Shown here: in pieces, positions 43,590-53,348 of the stretch
How the letters are laid out: every line of letters begins with the position of its first letter
How positions within the stretch are numbered: the stretch's first letter is position 1
NCBI GenBank assembly: GCA_047518015.1
Contig: JAKZRS010000002.1
Span: 10,168 to 74,167 of the forward strand
Reading direction: 5' to 3'
Length of the DNA: 64,000 nt
Source of the DNA: Thermodesulfobacteriota bacterium
GTDB lineage: Bacteria; Desulfobacterota_D; UBA1144; Nemesobacterales; Nemesobacteraceae
Program-made: the position numbers and the translations under genes
Notes under the pieces: model-generated
Told to the model about the DNA's origin: nothing
The model's input: only the letters and a program-made list of their open reading frames with translations
The model's database searches: none

Positions 43590-43640
43590 CTCCAGATAAT
43601 ATATACTAGTCTAGTCTAGTATATATACTGGGTTTTTATT
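43590..43640. promoter_or_regulatory. Near-perfect 28-bp palindrome upstream of vapBC, a candidate autoregulatory operator
   Basis: ATATATACTAGTCTAGTCTAGTATATAT is its own reverse complement except for two central positions. It lies 12-60 bp upstream of the vapB start and near the divergent rmuC promoter. Confidence 0.4.
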
Positions 43641-43674
43641 ATCAACCCCGATCATTTATAATAATAAACCTGTC

Positions 43675-45156
43675 ATGAATATTTCCGACCTGCTTACCCA
43701 CTTGGGAGCGATGGCGATTACTGCCCTCGCGTTGTTCTACTACCTGACCAGAGAAAGGGGCCAACGCGAGTCAGTTGAAACCGAACTGTCCTTTATCAGG
43801 ACCGAACTGGAAGAGTCAAAGAGCAAAGGCGTACTGCTTGAAGAGAAACTAAAAAACTCGGTTGAGGCGACAAGCGCTCTTAGCGCTGAGAAAGCCTCCC
43901 TTGAATCCAGCATAAAAGAGAAGACAAACGCTATCGCGGAGCGCGATTCCAGGATTTCTGAGTTTGAAAGGCAGATCGGGGAACTCAGATCTCAGGTTAC
44001 TGACAAGGAAAGCAGGCTTTCGCGGCTTGAAACCATCATAGAACAAGAAAGAAAGGGTTTCGAGGAAAAATTAACCATCCTGGATGAAGCGAAAAAAAGA
44101 TTAGGAGACGAGTTCGAGAACCTTGGAAACAGGATTTTCGAGGATACGACGAAGAAATTCACCGACAAGAACAAGGCGGACATGGAAAACCTCCTAAATC
44201 CCCTTCGTGAACAGATAAAGGATTTCGAGAGGAAGGTTACCGATACCCATGAGAAGGCAACCACCGACAGAGCCTCCCTTAAAACTCACATAGACAATCT
44301 CAAGAACCTGGGTGAGCAGATGAGCCGCGAAGCCGTTAATCTCACGACCGCTCTCAAGGGAGAATCGCAGACCCAGGGCGCCTGGGGGGAAGTAGTGCTC
44401 GAAAAAGCGCTTGAGATGTCAGGCTTATCTGAGGGCAGGGAGTATCACTCCCAGCCGAGCTACAAGGGGGATAACGGCAATACACTAAGACCTGACGTGA
44501 TTGTTCATCTCCCCGAGGGAAAAGACGTTATAATTGATTCCAAGGTTTCCCTTACCGCTTATGAAAGATACGTGTCCTGCGAGAATGAGGAAGAAAAGAA
44601 GGATTACCTCAGGCAGCATGTTCTCTCGTTTCGAAACCACATAAAAGAACTCAACGCCAAGGGATATGAGGATATTCCCGAAATCACGAGCCTTAACTAC
44701 GTCTTGATGTTCGTTCCGCTTGAATCCGCTTTCATGCTGGCCATAGAAACGGAGAGGGATATTTACTCTGAGGCTTTCGAGAAAAACGTGATAATCGTCT
44801 GTCCCTCGACTCTCCTCGCGACGCTCAGAACCATACACAGCATCTGGCAGTTTGGGTACCAGAACGTAAACGCCAAGGAAATAGCCGAAAGTGCCGGGAG
44901 AATGTACGACAAGTTCGTGACTTTCGTTGATCACCTCAAGGATGTAGGCAAGCGCATAGAGCAGTCCGACCGGGCTTATCAGAGCGCAATGAACAGTCTC
45001 TGTGAAGGGAAGGGCAACCTTGTGAAAAGATCTTTAGATCTCAAGGAGTTGGGAATAAAAACCTCGAAGGAACTTCCCCCGGACCTCTCCGAGAGGTCGC
45101 AGCTCTCTTCGTACGCCGTTTCTTCCGATAAACAGACAGACGACGGGTCACCGTGA
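43675..45156 (+). CDS. rmuC: DNA recombination protein RmuC
   Basis: N-terminal transmembrane segment, a long coiled-coil, and a C-terminal RmuC nuclease-like domain (…GAWGEVVLEKALE…VIIDSKVSLTAYERY…). Confidence 0.85.
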   Translation: MNISDLLTHLGAMAITALALFYYLTRERGQRESVETELSFIRTELEESKSKGVLLEEKLKNSVEATSALSAEKASLESSIKEKTNAIAERDSRISEFERQIGELRSQVTDKESRLSRLETIIEQERKGFEEKLTILDEAKKRLGDEFENLGNRIFEDTTKKFTDKNKADMENLLNPLREQIKDFERKVTDTHEKATTDRASLKTHIDNLKNLGEQMSREAVNLTTALKGESQTQGAWGEVVLEKALEMSGLSEGREYHSQPSYKGDNGNTLRPDVIVHLPEGKDVIIDSKVSLTAYERYVSCENEEEKKDYLRQHVLSFRNHIKELNAKGYEDIPEITSLNYVLMFVPLESAFMLAIETERDIYSEAFEKNVIIVCPSTLLATLRTIHSIWQFGYQNVNAKEIAESAGRMYDKFVTFVDHLKDVGKRIEQSDRAYQSAMNSLCEGKGNLVKRSLDLKELGIKTSKELPPDLSERSQLSSYAVSSDKQTDDGSP

Positions 45157-45234
45157 TCTGTCGGATTTAGAAAAGAGAGGGGAAATCGTGTACGATTCCA
45201 CTTCTTAAATTCGATTTCTAGAGAGGTAGAAAGA

Positions 45235-46035
45235 TTGTTTAACAATTCTCTTAAGGGTAGTTGGGCTCTTGTGCTCGGTTCTTCAAGCGGTTTCGGAGAG
45301 GCCTGCAGTCTTGAGCTTGCGCGCTGGGGAATGAATATTTTCGGCGTACACCTTGACCGCCGGGGCACCATGGCGAAGGTAGAGAGCATAGTGGAGGAAA
45401 TAAAGAGCACGGGAAGAGATGTCAGATTCTACAACGTAAATGTCGCTGATGCGGAGAAAAGACAGGAGGTTATCGGCAATATAAAAGAAGTAACACAGCA
45501 AGATGACTCCCAGGTAAAGGTAATGATACATTCCGTCGCGTTCGGGACGCTCAAACACTATGTTTCAGATGAACGCAGGGAGGTTCTTAACAGTAAAAAC
45601 ATTGACATGACCCTGGATGTAATGGCCCACAGCATCGTTTACTGGGCTCAGGACCTTGTTATGGAGGGAATAATGGGTGAGGGCGGGAGAATATTCGCCA
45701 TGACAAGTTCAGGGAGTCACAGGGTCTGGCCCACATACGGCGCGGTCTCTGCAGCCAAGGCGGCCATAGAGGCGCACATACGGCAGATGGCCGTTGAACT
45801 CGCGCCCCGCGGAATTACCGCGAACTCGATAATGGCTGGGGTAACGGATACTCCTGCGCTCAGAAAAATTCCTGGAAACGATAAACTCATCAACCACGCC
45901 CTCGGGGCAAACCCTTCTGGAAGATTGACGACCCCGGAAGACGTGGCAAAAGCCATTGCGCTTCTTTCGCTTGACGAAGCCGCCTGGATTACGGGTAACG
46001 TGATAGGAGTTGACGGCGGAGAAGACCTTGTTTGA
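45235..46035 (+). CDS. SDR-family oxidoreductase, enoyl-ACP reductase-like (Tyr-x6-Lys)
   Basis: Rossmann GSSSGFG motif and YGAVSAAK (Y-x6-K) as in FabI/FabL-type reductases. Confidence 0.7.
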   Translation: MFNNSLKGSWALVLGSSSGFGEACSLELARWGMNIFGVHLDRRGTMAKVESIVEEIKSTGRDVRFYNVNVADAEKRQEVIGNIKEVTQQDDSQVKVMIHSVAFGTLKHYVSDERREVLNSKNIDMTLDVMAHSIVYWAQDLVMEGIMGEGGRIFAMTSSGSHRVWPTYGAVSAAKAAIEAHIRQMAVELAPRGITANSIMAGVTDTPALRKIPGNDKLINHALGANPSGRLTTPEDVAKAIALLSLDEAAWITGNVIGVDGGEDLV

Positions 46036-46066
46036 TAGGACAACTTAGTATAATATAATTAAAGAC

Positions 46067-46489
46067 ATGTCAACTTACGGCAGAGGCAAGGATGTAGATT
46101 TAGGAATTTTTCTGCTCAGAGTGGGTTTTGGCTTCTCGATGCTTATTTTCCACGGCTACGGGAAGCTGACCGGAGGACCCGAGAAGTGGGCTAAAATCGG
46201 GGAATCGTTACAGATCTTCGGCATTGATTTTTACCCGGTTTTCTGGGGTTTTATGGCGACTTTTGCCGAGTTTTTCTGCTCGGCTTTCATAATCGCGGGG
46301 GTTTTCTTTATGCCCGCGACTTTTCTTCTGTCCGTTAACATGATCGTGGCGGTTCTCTTTCACCTGTATCTTCCGGAAGAGTCATCCGCGGCGGGATGGC
46401 AAGGGGCTTCGAACGCGGTCGAATATTTTTTCGTTTATATAGTATTGATGATTTCCGGCCCTGGAAGGTACAAGATAAACTTGGGCTGA
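46067..46489 (+). CDS. DoxX family membrane protein
   Basis: 140 aa with four transmembrane segments and a DoxX-like LLRVGFGFSMLIFHGYGKL N-terminus. Confidence 0.7.
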   Translation: MSTYGRGKDVDLGIFLLRVGFGFSMLIFHGYGKLTGGPEKWAKIGESLQIFGIDFYPVFWGFMATFAEFFCSAFIIAGVFFMPATFLLSVNMIVAVLFHLYLPEESSAAGWQGASNAVEYFFVYIVLMISGPGRYKINLG

Positions 46490-46495
46490 CGGTCT

Positions 46496-46741
46496 TTGCT
46501 TGAGTCCACTATCATTGTGGACTTGGTGAAACCACATACTCCTCGGGCTCGGGTGAAAATTGACGACAGATATGAAGAAACTTTACGAGCTTGGTTTTTT
46601 CATCCAAACAGGCTGTATGATGCTGTTTCAGTGGAAAAGATCCTTGAGGAAAAGAGTGAAAAGCATGTAGTTAAGGTTGCTTCAGTACATAGAGCCAAAA
46701 GTCAAAAGTGTGCGGATAAAAGAAGGAGTTGTGGCTGTTGA
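46496..46741 (+). CDS. Hypothetical protein
   Basis: 81-aa ORF with no recognisable family. It lies at the transition into an AT-rich segment. Confidence 0.3.
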   Translation: MLESTIIVDLVKPHTPRARVKIDDRYEETLRAWFFHPNRLYDAVSVEKILEEKSEKHVVKVASVHRAKSQKCADKRRSCGC

Positions 46742-46882
46742 TATTGGACTCTATAGGTTTCTTCCAGTAATAGACTTGGATCTGGAACAATGTGCATTCT
46801 TGGAATTATCCCTAGGTAAAGTCCTGCAAGTTTAATTTGAAGACAAAGAGGTCTTGGATTTTTAAAAGCGTAAGCTATAGCC

Positions 46883-48148
46883 ATGTCCAAAAACCGTAGA
46901 ATCAGTTCCTTTATCTTACTTACAGCTACAATGTCAGTCGCTTTGGTACTGTCCGGTTGCCAAACTCTGCATTGGAACGAAAAATGGCAAAGCAACTTTA
47001 TTGATCAAATGGCTGTGGCCAGAGACAGTCAGATGCTTAAAAACCTAGTGCGCATGCGCTATGGAGCACCCCCTGTATTTACAACTGTTGGAACGGTAAC
47101 GGAGAAATACAAACAGGCACCGAGTCAAATTTCATTAACCGGCGCGGTAACCAGCGTCCTTGGCTCCTCAGTAGACGATAGTGCGAAAAGCGAAAATAAT
47201 CTCTTAGGGCAGGTGGGAATAGGTGGCGTCCGTGAAACTACCCTTCAATACAGTCCGCTTATCGGCAAGGAACTGAATAAGACCATGAATCAACGTTTGG
47301 AGCTGGAGACAGTGTTTGGTCTTACCCAATCCGGGTTTTCGATAGAACGCGTTCTGGCAATAACAGTTGAGCGTTTCGGCCCTGCATTAAATGCCCCGTT
47401 TGCATCCGGACCTACCCCGGATCGTTTACCAAAGCAGGAAGAATTCAACAAATACGAAGCTATACTTACCGCATTAAAAGATTTGAGACAACAAAATAAA
47501 ATAAGATTTTTCAATATCAACCTTGATGAAATCAATGCCAGCCCTGATGAGATCTGTTCCGAACTTTGCATACCTACTAAAATCAAAAAAGAAGAATCGC
47601 GGAAAAAATTAATAGCCTGCTTTTTGGATGACAACGATTGCTTGTGCGAAAACAATAATGACCCGCAATGGAAACAGTTGACGAATCTTTTGAAGATTGA
47701 AGATAGAAAAGGAATTTTAATACTGACCGACTCTGAAACCAGGTCCAGTTCCAAAATAAAAGTGAGAACCCGCTCATTGTTCGGAATAATGCACTATCTG
47801 TCGCAGAACGTAAAAGTACCCGATAGGGACAGGGAAATAGTCAAAATCTCAAAGATCAAGAACGGCGAAGGTTGCAGGAAAGAAGGCAATAAGCGAGATG
47901 GTTGGGACTGCAGCCCCGCTGGACAGCGATTCGAAATCATATCAAGCGATACGCAACCTCAGCTGATTTGTTCAAGTCCCCAAACTGATGGAGACTGCGC
48001 TTCGGTCTTTACTAGACATAACGGTCACTGGTTTTACATCGACGCCAAGGATCATAGCAGCAAAGCGACTTTCGCGCTGCTGACAAAGTTATTTGAGATA
48101 CAAATCTCTGGCAGGGAAACGAATCAAGGCACTCTTCTTGTTCAGTAA
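46883..48148 (+). CDS. Hypothetical lipoprotein (signal peptide plus lipobox LSGC)
   Basis: MSKNRRISSFILLTATMSVALVLSGCQ… lipoprotein signal. Lys/Asn-rich and encoded in a visibly AT-rich segment. Confidence 0.5.
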   Translation: MSKNRRISSFILLTATMSVALVLSGCQTLHWNEKWQSNFIDQMAVARDSQMLKNLVRMRYGAPPVFTTVGTVTEKYKQAPSQISLTGAVTSVLGSSVDDSAKSENNLLGQVGIGGVRETTLQYSPLIGKELNKTMNQRLELETVFGLTQSGFSIERVLAITVERFGPALNAPFASGPTPDRLPKQEEFNKYEAILTALKDLRQQNKIRFFNINLDEINASPDEICSELCIPTKIKKEESRKKLIACFLDDNDCLCENNNDPQWKQLTNLLKIEDRKGILILTDSETRSSSKIKVRTRSLFGIMHYLSQNVKVPDRDREIVKISKIKNGEGCRKEGNKRDGWDCSPAGQRFEIISSDTQPQLICSSPQTDGDCASVFTRHNGHWFYIDAKDHSSKATFALLTKLFEIQISGRETNQGTLLVQ

Positions 48149-48639
48149 ACTTACCCATGTCAGCAGAAAGATACGGGGTTTCGTGTAGAGCGGAGGCAGG
48201 GCAGTGAGGAGTTTGTAGAGGTCGGAGGCAGCATCCCGCGGTGGAGTCTGCTGTAAACGCTTTGAATCACAAGGGGTGTGACAAGGTAAGAGTTCATGGG
48301 AAGCAGGGGTTTGCGAGGAGTGTGGCTTTATCGGTTCTTGCCGCGAACATCCATCGTCTTGGGGTGCTTTTGAGGAACGGGGAGAGGGAGGAGGAAAGAA
48401 GAAGGCTGAAACTTGGCTTCCTGATTGCCGCTTAAGCATCCTTGGAGCACAGAGAACAAGGGGTTTGGGAGTCAGCTATAAAATCCTCCCAAATCCCTAT
48501 GCGGTGAGAAATGCGGGTTGATCTTGTAGTGTACCTGCGCTTACCCGGATATGTGATTTCAGTCACTTACATCATAAAAGTGCGTAAGTCAGGAATCGGT
48601 AAGTATCCGCTCTGGATTAAAGAAAGCATCGGCGACGCG

Positions 48640-51171
48640 TTACTCGATGTCGTCCGGTACCTTTTCGAGGTTCGTTTTTATTACCCGAAGGAAGTTCGTG
48701 CCCATTATTTTCTCCACAACCCCCCTCGGATATCCTTTGCCGAGAAGATACTCGGAGAGTGCGGGAAGTTCGGATATGTGCCTCATCTCTTCGGGGAAAT
48801 CCTTTACGGGCGCTCCGTCCATGTCGGTTCCCACCCCCACGTGATCCTCGCCGCAGACGCTCAGAATGTGGTCTATATGAGCGTATATGTCTTCGAGGGT
48901 GGCGCAACCCGGTCCTTCCCTGAGGAATCTTCCGTAGAAAACAACTCCCGTTACCCCGCCTCTATCGGAAATGGCGCGAAGTTGCTCGTCACGCAGATTT
49001 CTGGGGTGATCCACAAGAGCTCTTGAATTCGAGTGGGTTGCAACGGGGATAAGTTCCGTAAGTTCTATGCTTTCCCAGAAACATTTTTCATTTAAGTGGG
49101 AAAGATCAAGCGTGATGCCGAGGGCGTTCATTTGCCCGAGAAGCTCCTTTCCCTGCGCGGAGAGTCCCTTGTCGCTTTCGGGTCCGGACGCGTAAATATT
49201 CCTGTTGTTCCAAGAAGGACCGAGTACCCGGACGCCTCTTTTATGGTATTCGAGAAGATGTTTTGGGCTCAAGACGGGGTCAGCTCCTTCCATGAGCGTG
49301 AGAAACCCGATTTTTCCTCCTTCGCGCAGTCTGTCTATGTCCCGTCTGTTTTTTATCTGAAAAACGCTTTCGCGATGTTCCCGGTATATGTCGTCGTACA
49401 CGTCAAGCTGGGCCATGGCTTCTGTTACGGAACCCGCAGGTTTATGCTTGGGGTGAATGAAGATGGTATTGAAAACGACACTCGCTCCGCTTTGCCTGAG
49501 TCCGGGCAGGGTTATCATGCAGGGAATCTCGGGGCTCTCGAAATCCCTTTTGTAGTGACGCATGTGAAAGGCTATGTCCTGGTGGGCGTCAACGGTAAAA
49601 AAAGTTGCCGGGGTAGGGGTTCCCCATCCTCCTCCTCCCGGAGTCTCGATTCTAACCGCCTCTCCGGCTTTTACCGGAATAGAGCATTTCGCGGGCAGTT
49701 TTTTCTCTTTTGTTCCCGATAAAAGGGTGTTTTCCCCGCTCTCGCCGTCTTCCCCGCCTTGGGCTCCCCAGGGCCGTTTCTCCCTTCTCTCGGTTATAAG
49801 AGAAACGTGGGAGTCCTCCAGGAACCTGTACTGCCTTATGATTCCATCGCCGCCCGAGAACCTGCCTGCTCCTCCGGACCCCTTTTTTATGGAGTATGAT
49901 TCCACCATTACGGGAAGTTCTCTCTCGATTGCCTCAACGGGGGTGTTAAGCGTGTTTGTCATGTGCGTCTGCACGGCGTTTGCACCGTTTGCACCTGATC
50001 GTCCTCCCATTCCGCCGGCGATGGTTTCGTAGTAGGCGTAAGAGGAGTCAGAAGGGGTGCTCTCCGGTGAACCGAATGCCAGGTTGCTCATTGTTCCAGC
50101 GCTTGCCGCCTGTATTGTTTCCGGGATTGCCTGTGCGAGAGCTCCGAACACCGCGTCCACTATCCTCTGGGACGTTTCGACGTTTCCGCCGACAACCGCG
50201 CTCGGGTATCGGGCGTTTAGAATCGAGTCCTCATCGACTTTTATTTCAATAGGTCTAAGCGTCCCTGAGTTAAGAGGCGTGTCTTCGCCTGAGAGACACT
50301 GAAAACAGTAAAGAACCGCGGAGGTCGTTACGCTCAGGGGAGCGTTAAGACATCCTTTAACCTTCTTTGAGCTTCCCATGAAATCCACGGTGGCGCCATC
50401 TCCCCTTATTTCTATTTTTACTTTTATGGGGATATCCCTTGTTCCAGCCCCGTCGTCTTCAAGGTAGTCGGTAAAGACGTAGTCGCCGTCTGGTATTTTC
50501 TCTATGGCGTTTCTCATGAGCCTCTCTCCGTAGTCAAGAAGACCCGAAGCGGCCTGATTTATCCTCTCAAGGGAATGCTTTTCCAGAAGCTCCCGCATCC
50601 TTTTCTCCCCGGTGTCAAGCGAGGCTATCTGCGCCCGCAGGTCTCCTTCTCTTTCCTCATGATCCCTGGTCGATCGGATTATTTCCTCAAGCAGGGCTTC
50701 TCGCAGCACTCCCCCTTCCCGTATCCTTGTCGGCGGTATTATGATTCCCTCTTCGTGTATTGTCGTTGAAAGCGGCATGGATCCCGGCGTGCTGCCTCCT
50801 ATGTCCGCGTGGTGGGCGCGAGAGGCAAGCAGAAATTCCGGTTTCCCGTCTACGAACACGGGTGCGACGCATGTTACATCGGGAAGATGCGTCCCGCCGC
50901 GGAAAGGATCGTTCAGAATGAAAACGTCTCCCGGGAAGAGATTTTCCGTCGCTACCGATCTTGCGGCAAACGACATTGACCCCAAGTGTATGGGGATATG
51001 GGCCGCCTGCGCGATCATTTCCCCGTCTGAGTTGAATATGGCGCAGGAAAGATCCCTTCTTTCCTTTATGTTCGGAGAGAATCCGGCTCTTATGAGAACC
51101 GAGCCCATCTCCTCGGCAATTGTTCCGAGAAGGTTGTTGAAAATCTCGAGTTCGAAAAGTTTAAGCTCCAT
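48640..51171 (-). CDS. Fusion protein: hydantoinase B/oxoprolinase (HyuB) family N-terminal domain with a C-terminal M19 membrane-dipeptidase domain
   Basis: N-terminal ~500 aa are HyuB-like (…IFILNDPFRGGTHLPDVT… through GGGGWG). The C-terminal ~330 aa carry an M19 dipeptidase signature (VDAHQDIAF…ITLDLSHL…PVATHSNSRAL…GVGTDMDG). A single uninterrupted ORF. Confidence 0.8.
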   Translation of the reverse strand: MELKLFELEIFNNLLGTIAEEMGSVLIRAGFSPNIKERRDLSCAIFNSDGEMIAQAAHIPIHLGSMSFAARSVATENLFPGDVFILNDPFRGGTHLPDVTCVAPVFVDGKPEFLLASRAHHADIGGSTPGSMPLSTTIHEEGIIIPPTRIREGGVLREALLEEIIRSTRDHEEREGDLRAQIASLDTGEKRMRELLEKHSLERINQAASGLLDYGERLMRNAIEKIPDGDYVFTDYLEDDGAGTRDIPIKVKIEIRGDGATVDFMGSSKKVKGCLNAPLSVTTSAVLYCFQCLSGEDTPLNSGTLRPIEIKVDEDSILNARYPSAVVGGNVETSQRIVDAVFGALAQAIPETIQAASAGTMSNLAFGSPESTPSDSSYAYYETIAGGMGGRSGANGANAVQTHMTNTLNTPVEAIERELPVMVESYSIKKGSGGAGRFSGGDGIIRQYRFLEDSHVSLITERREKRPWGAQGGEDGESGENTLLSGTKEKKLPAKCSIPVKAGEAVRIETPGGGGWGTPTPATFFTVDAHQDIAFHMRHYKRDFESPEIPCMITLPGLRQSGASVVFNTIFIHPKHKPAGSVTEAMAQLDVYDDIYREHRESVFQIKNRRDIDRLREGGKIGFLTLMEGADPVLSPKHLLEYHKRGVRVLGPSWNNRNIYASGPESDKGLSAQGKELLGQMNALGITLDLSHLNEKCFWESIELTELIPVATHSNSRALVDHPRNLRDEQLRAISDRGGVTGVVFYGRFLREGPGCATLEDIYAHIDHILSVCGEDHVGVGTDMDGAPVKDFPEEMRHISELPALSEYLLGKGYPRGVVEKIMGTNFLRVIKTNLEKVPDDIE

Positions 51172-51272
51172 ACGGGCACAATAATAACCAATTTTAATGA
51201 TTGCCCGTGGGACGTGATGGAGAATTAAGACGCTGAGAGGTTGAGCTTTCCGGTTGCTTTAAGCCTGGGGTG

Positions 51273-52142
51273 TTACGAGATCGCGCTACGAAGCGCGTCT
51301 CCCATCTCCGCCGGGCTTTTGCAGGTAGTGACTCCGGCGCGCTCAAGCGCCCGGAACTTGTCTTCGGCGCTTCCTGAACTCCCGGAAATGATGGCTCCCG
51401 CGTGACCCATTCTTTTCCCTTTGGGCGCCGTGGCTCCGGCGATAAAGGCGGCTATGGGCTTTGTGAAGCTCTGGCTTATGTACTCCGCCGCTTCTTCTTC
51501 GTCCGACCCTCCGATTTCCCCTATCATTACCACCGCGTCTGAGTCCGGGTCGTTCTCAAAGAGCGAAAGCGCGTCAATAAAGGTGGTTCCGATAACGGGA
51601 TCGCCTCCTATGCCTAAGCAGGTCGATTGTCCTATGCCGAGATTCGTAAGCTGCCAGACGGCCTCGTAGGTCAGGGTTCCGCTTCTTGAAATTATCCCCA
51701 CTCTTCCGGGTTTATGAATATAACCCGGCATTATTCCCACCTTGGCTTCTCCGGGAGTTATGACACCGGGACAGTTGGGACCTACGAGCCTCGCATCAGA
51801 ACCCCTCATGTGTTCCTTTACCCTTACCACGTCCAGGGTTGGTACCCCCTCGGTTATGCAGATGACAAGCTCTACGCCGGAATCTAGGGCCTCGAGCATT
51901 GAATCCATAGCGAATGCGGCCGGAACGAACACCAAAGATACGTTGGCACCGGTTTCCCGCACCGCTTCAGTCATGGTGTCGAAAACCGGAAATCCTTCGA
52001 CGCTGCTTCCACCTTTTCCAGGTGTGACGCCGCCCACGACATTGGTTCCGTACTCCCGGCACTGGGTTGCGTGAAACAGCCCCGCGCTTCCCGTTATTCC
52101 CTGAACGAGAACTTTTGAATCTTTATTTACAAGAATGCTTAT
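51273..52142 (-). CDS. sucD: Succinyl-CoA ligase [ADP-forming] subunit alpha. ATA occupies the expected start codon and no sucC lies upstream.
   Basis: Full-length SucD by translation, including the N-terminus (I)[44 protein letters not shown]. The codon at the expected Met is ATA. An in-frame TGA lies 9 codons upstream with no ATG/GTG/TTG between. The ORF track therefore starts at the internal GTG at 52037. Confidence 0.75.
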   Translation of the reverse strand: MSILVNKDSKVLVQGITGSAGLFHATQCREYGTNVVGGVTPGKGGSSVEGFPVFDTMTEAVRETGANVSLVFVPAAFAMDSMLEALDSGVELVICITEGVPTLDVVRVKEHMRGSDARLVGPNCPGVITPGEAKVGIMPGYIHKPGRVGIISRSGTLTYEAVWQLTNLGIGQSTCLGIGGDPVIGTTFIDALSLFENDPDSDAVVMIGEIGGSDEEEAAEYISQSFTKPIAAFIAGATAPKGKRMGHAGAIISGSSGSAEDKFRALERAGVTTCKSPAEMGDALRSAIS

Positions 52143-52453
52143 TTTCCCGGTTCCCCGTGATGAATTTCATCGTTTTTTCGGACAAGGCCGTATTTCCAAA
52201 TGAGGGCGTACTATAACATGCCTGGCCCGTTTTTTCAAAATCCTCTGCCCAAGGTCTGCAAAGACAGCAAAGGATTTTTTACGGATATGGAGTGTTTCTT
52301 GGAGCAGGGCGTCTCGGCGGTTCTCGGAGCATTATCGCCCGGTTCGGGGCAGTGGCTTATAAGTGGTCTTCCATTGAGTACTTAACGGTCCTTCTAGCAC
52401 TTACCGTTCCGTATCATATTGAAATCACTCATAAATTGTTATAATGAACGTTC

Positions 52454-53080
52454 GTGACTAAAACACCATCTCGAACAGACAGAATAATAGAGATATATAA
52501 AATCAGCTTCCCTGACGGGTCAGCTTACGTTGGGCAGACAAGACGGACAATCTCCCGGCGACTCGCACAACATCGGTGGTCGAATCCATGCAATTCGACT
52601 TTGTACCGCAAGCTTCTGATAATGAAGCCGACTATAGAAATTCTCTCGCGTCACCGCAAGCAAGAGGTGGCCGATCGGGAAGAGAAAAAATGGATCCTGC
52701 AGCTTGAAAACCCAATCAACATATATGTTGAAGGGAAGCAAATCAACACGAATCCCGAAGCGCCGTTGCTAAACAACAATAGGTGGTCGAAAAAAAGAAA
52801 CCGCAGAGAGAGACGCAAGTATCCTCGTAAGGTTAGCGGTCATCATGTTTGTTCCTGGTGTTGGCGAAAACTTTCCGTATCGGAGTTTTATTCCGACCGT
52901 TGCAGATCGGTTGGTCTTTCAAGTCGATGCAAGGAATGTGCCGGAATCGAGAGTAATGCCCGCCGAGATGCGGTAAGAAAAAAAGGAGATGCTTCCGCTG
53001 CTTATTTGAAAGCGAAGCTTGCGCGTCAAGCACTCCGGGAAACGAAAATCCGACCTGTAATCAGTGTTTATGAGAAGTAA
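52454..53080 (+). CDS. GIY-YIG-domain endonuclease (homing-endonuclease-like) with a C-terminal Cys-rich and basic DNA-binding region
   Basis: N-terminus IYKISFPDGSAYVGQTRRTISRRLAQHRW is a GIY-YIG motif. The C-terminal half is basic with HHVCSWC…CKEC zinc-finger-like spacing. Confidence 0.7.
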   Translation: MTKTPSRTDRIIEIYKISFPDGSAYVGQTRRTISRRLAQHRWSNPCNSTLYRKLLIMKPTIEILSRHRKQEVADREEKKWILQLENPINIYVEGKQINTNPEAPLLNNNRWSKKRNRRERRKYPRKVSGHHVCSWCWRKLSVSEFYSDRCRSVGLSSRCKECAGIESNARRDAVRKKGDASAAYLKAKLARQALRETKIRPVISVYEK

Positions 53081-53348
53081 GAAACAAACCGATTTCTAAC
53101 TGCCGTTGGCTGGCATTGCCGCCTTGAGCGGAGAGAATAAATGGGACAAGCTGGACGGAGTAGCTGGCTTACTATCCGGCATGAAAGATCGTGAGCGTAA
53201 AAGACGGCCAAAACTGCACAGGAAGGGCGGACCTAAATTACCAGGCCGGATATTAAGCAATTCCGTAAGAGGAGCGTATGATGAAAAATGCATATGTCTT
53301 GATATTCGTTGTCACATAGCGGGTTTTAGAGTGAACGGGACGTAAGAC

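Noticed and set aside
52200-52453. A possible sucC remnant or group I intron between sucD and the GIY-YIG gene
   Set aside because: No minus-strand ORF with SucC-like sequence and no recognisable intron core by eye. The region is left as unexplained noncoding DNA.
53081-53348. Short ORFs 53096..53293 (-) and 53106..53345 (+) between the GIY-YIG gene and yicC
   Set aside because: They overlap each other on opposite strands, have no homology, and their translations have no protein-like features.
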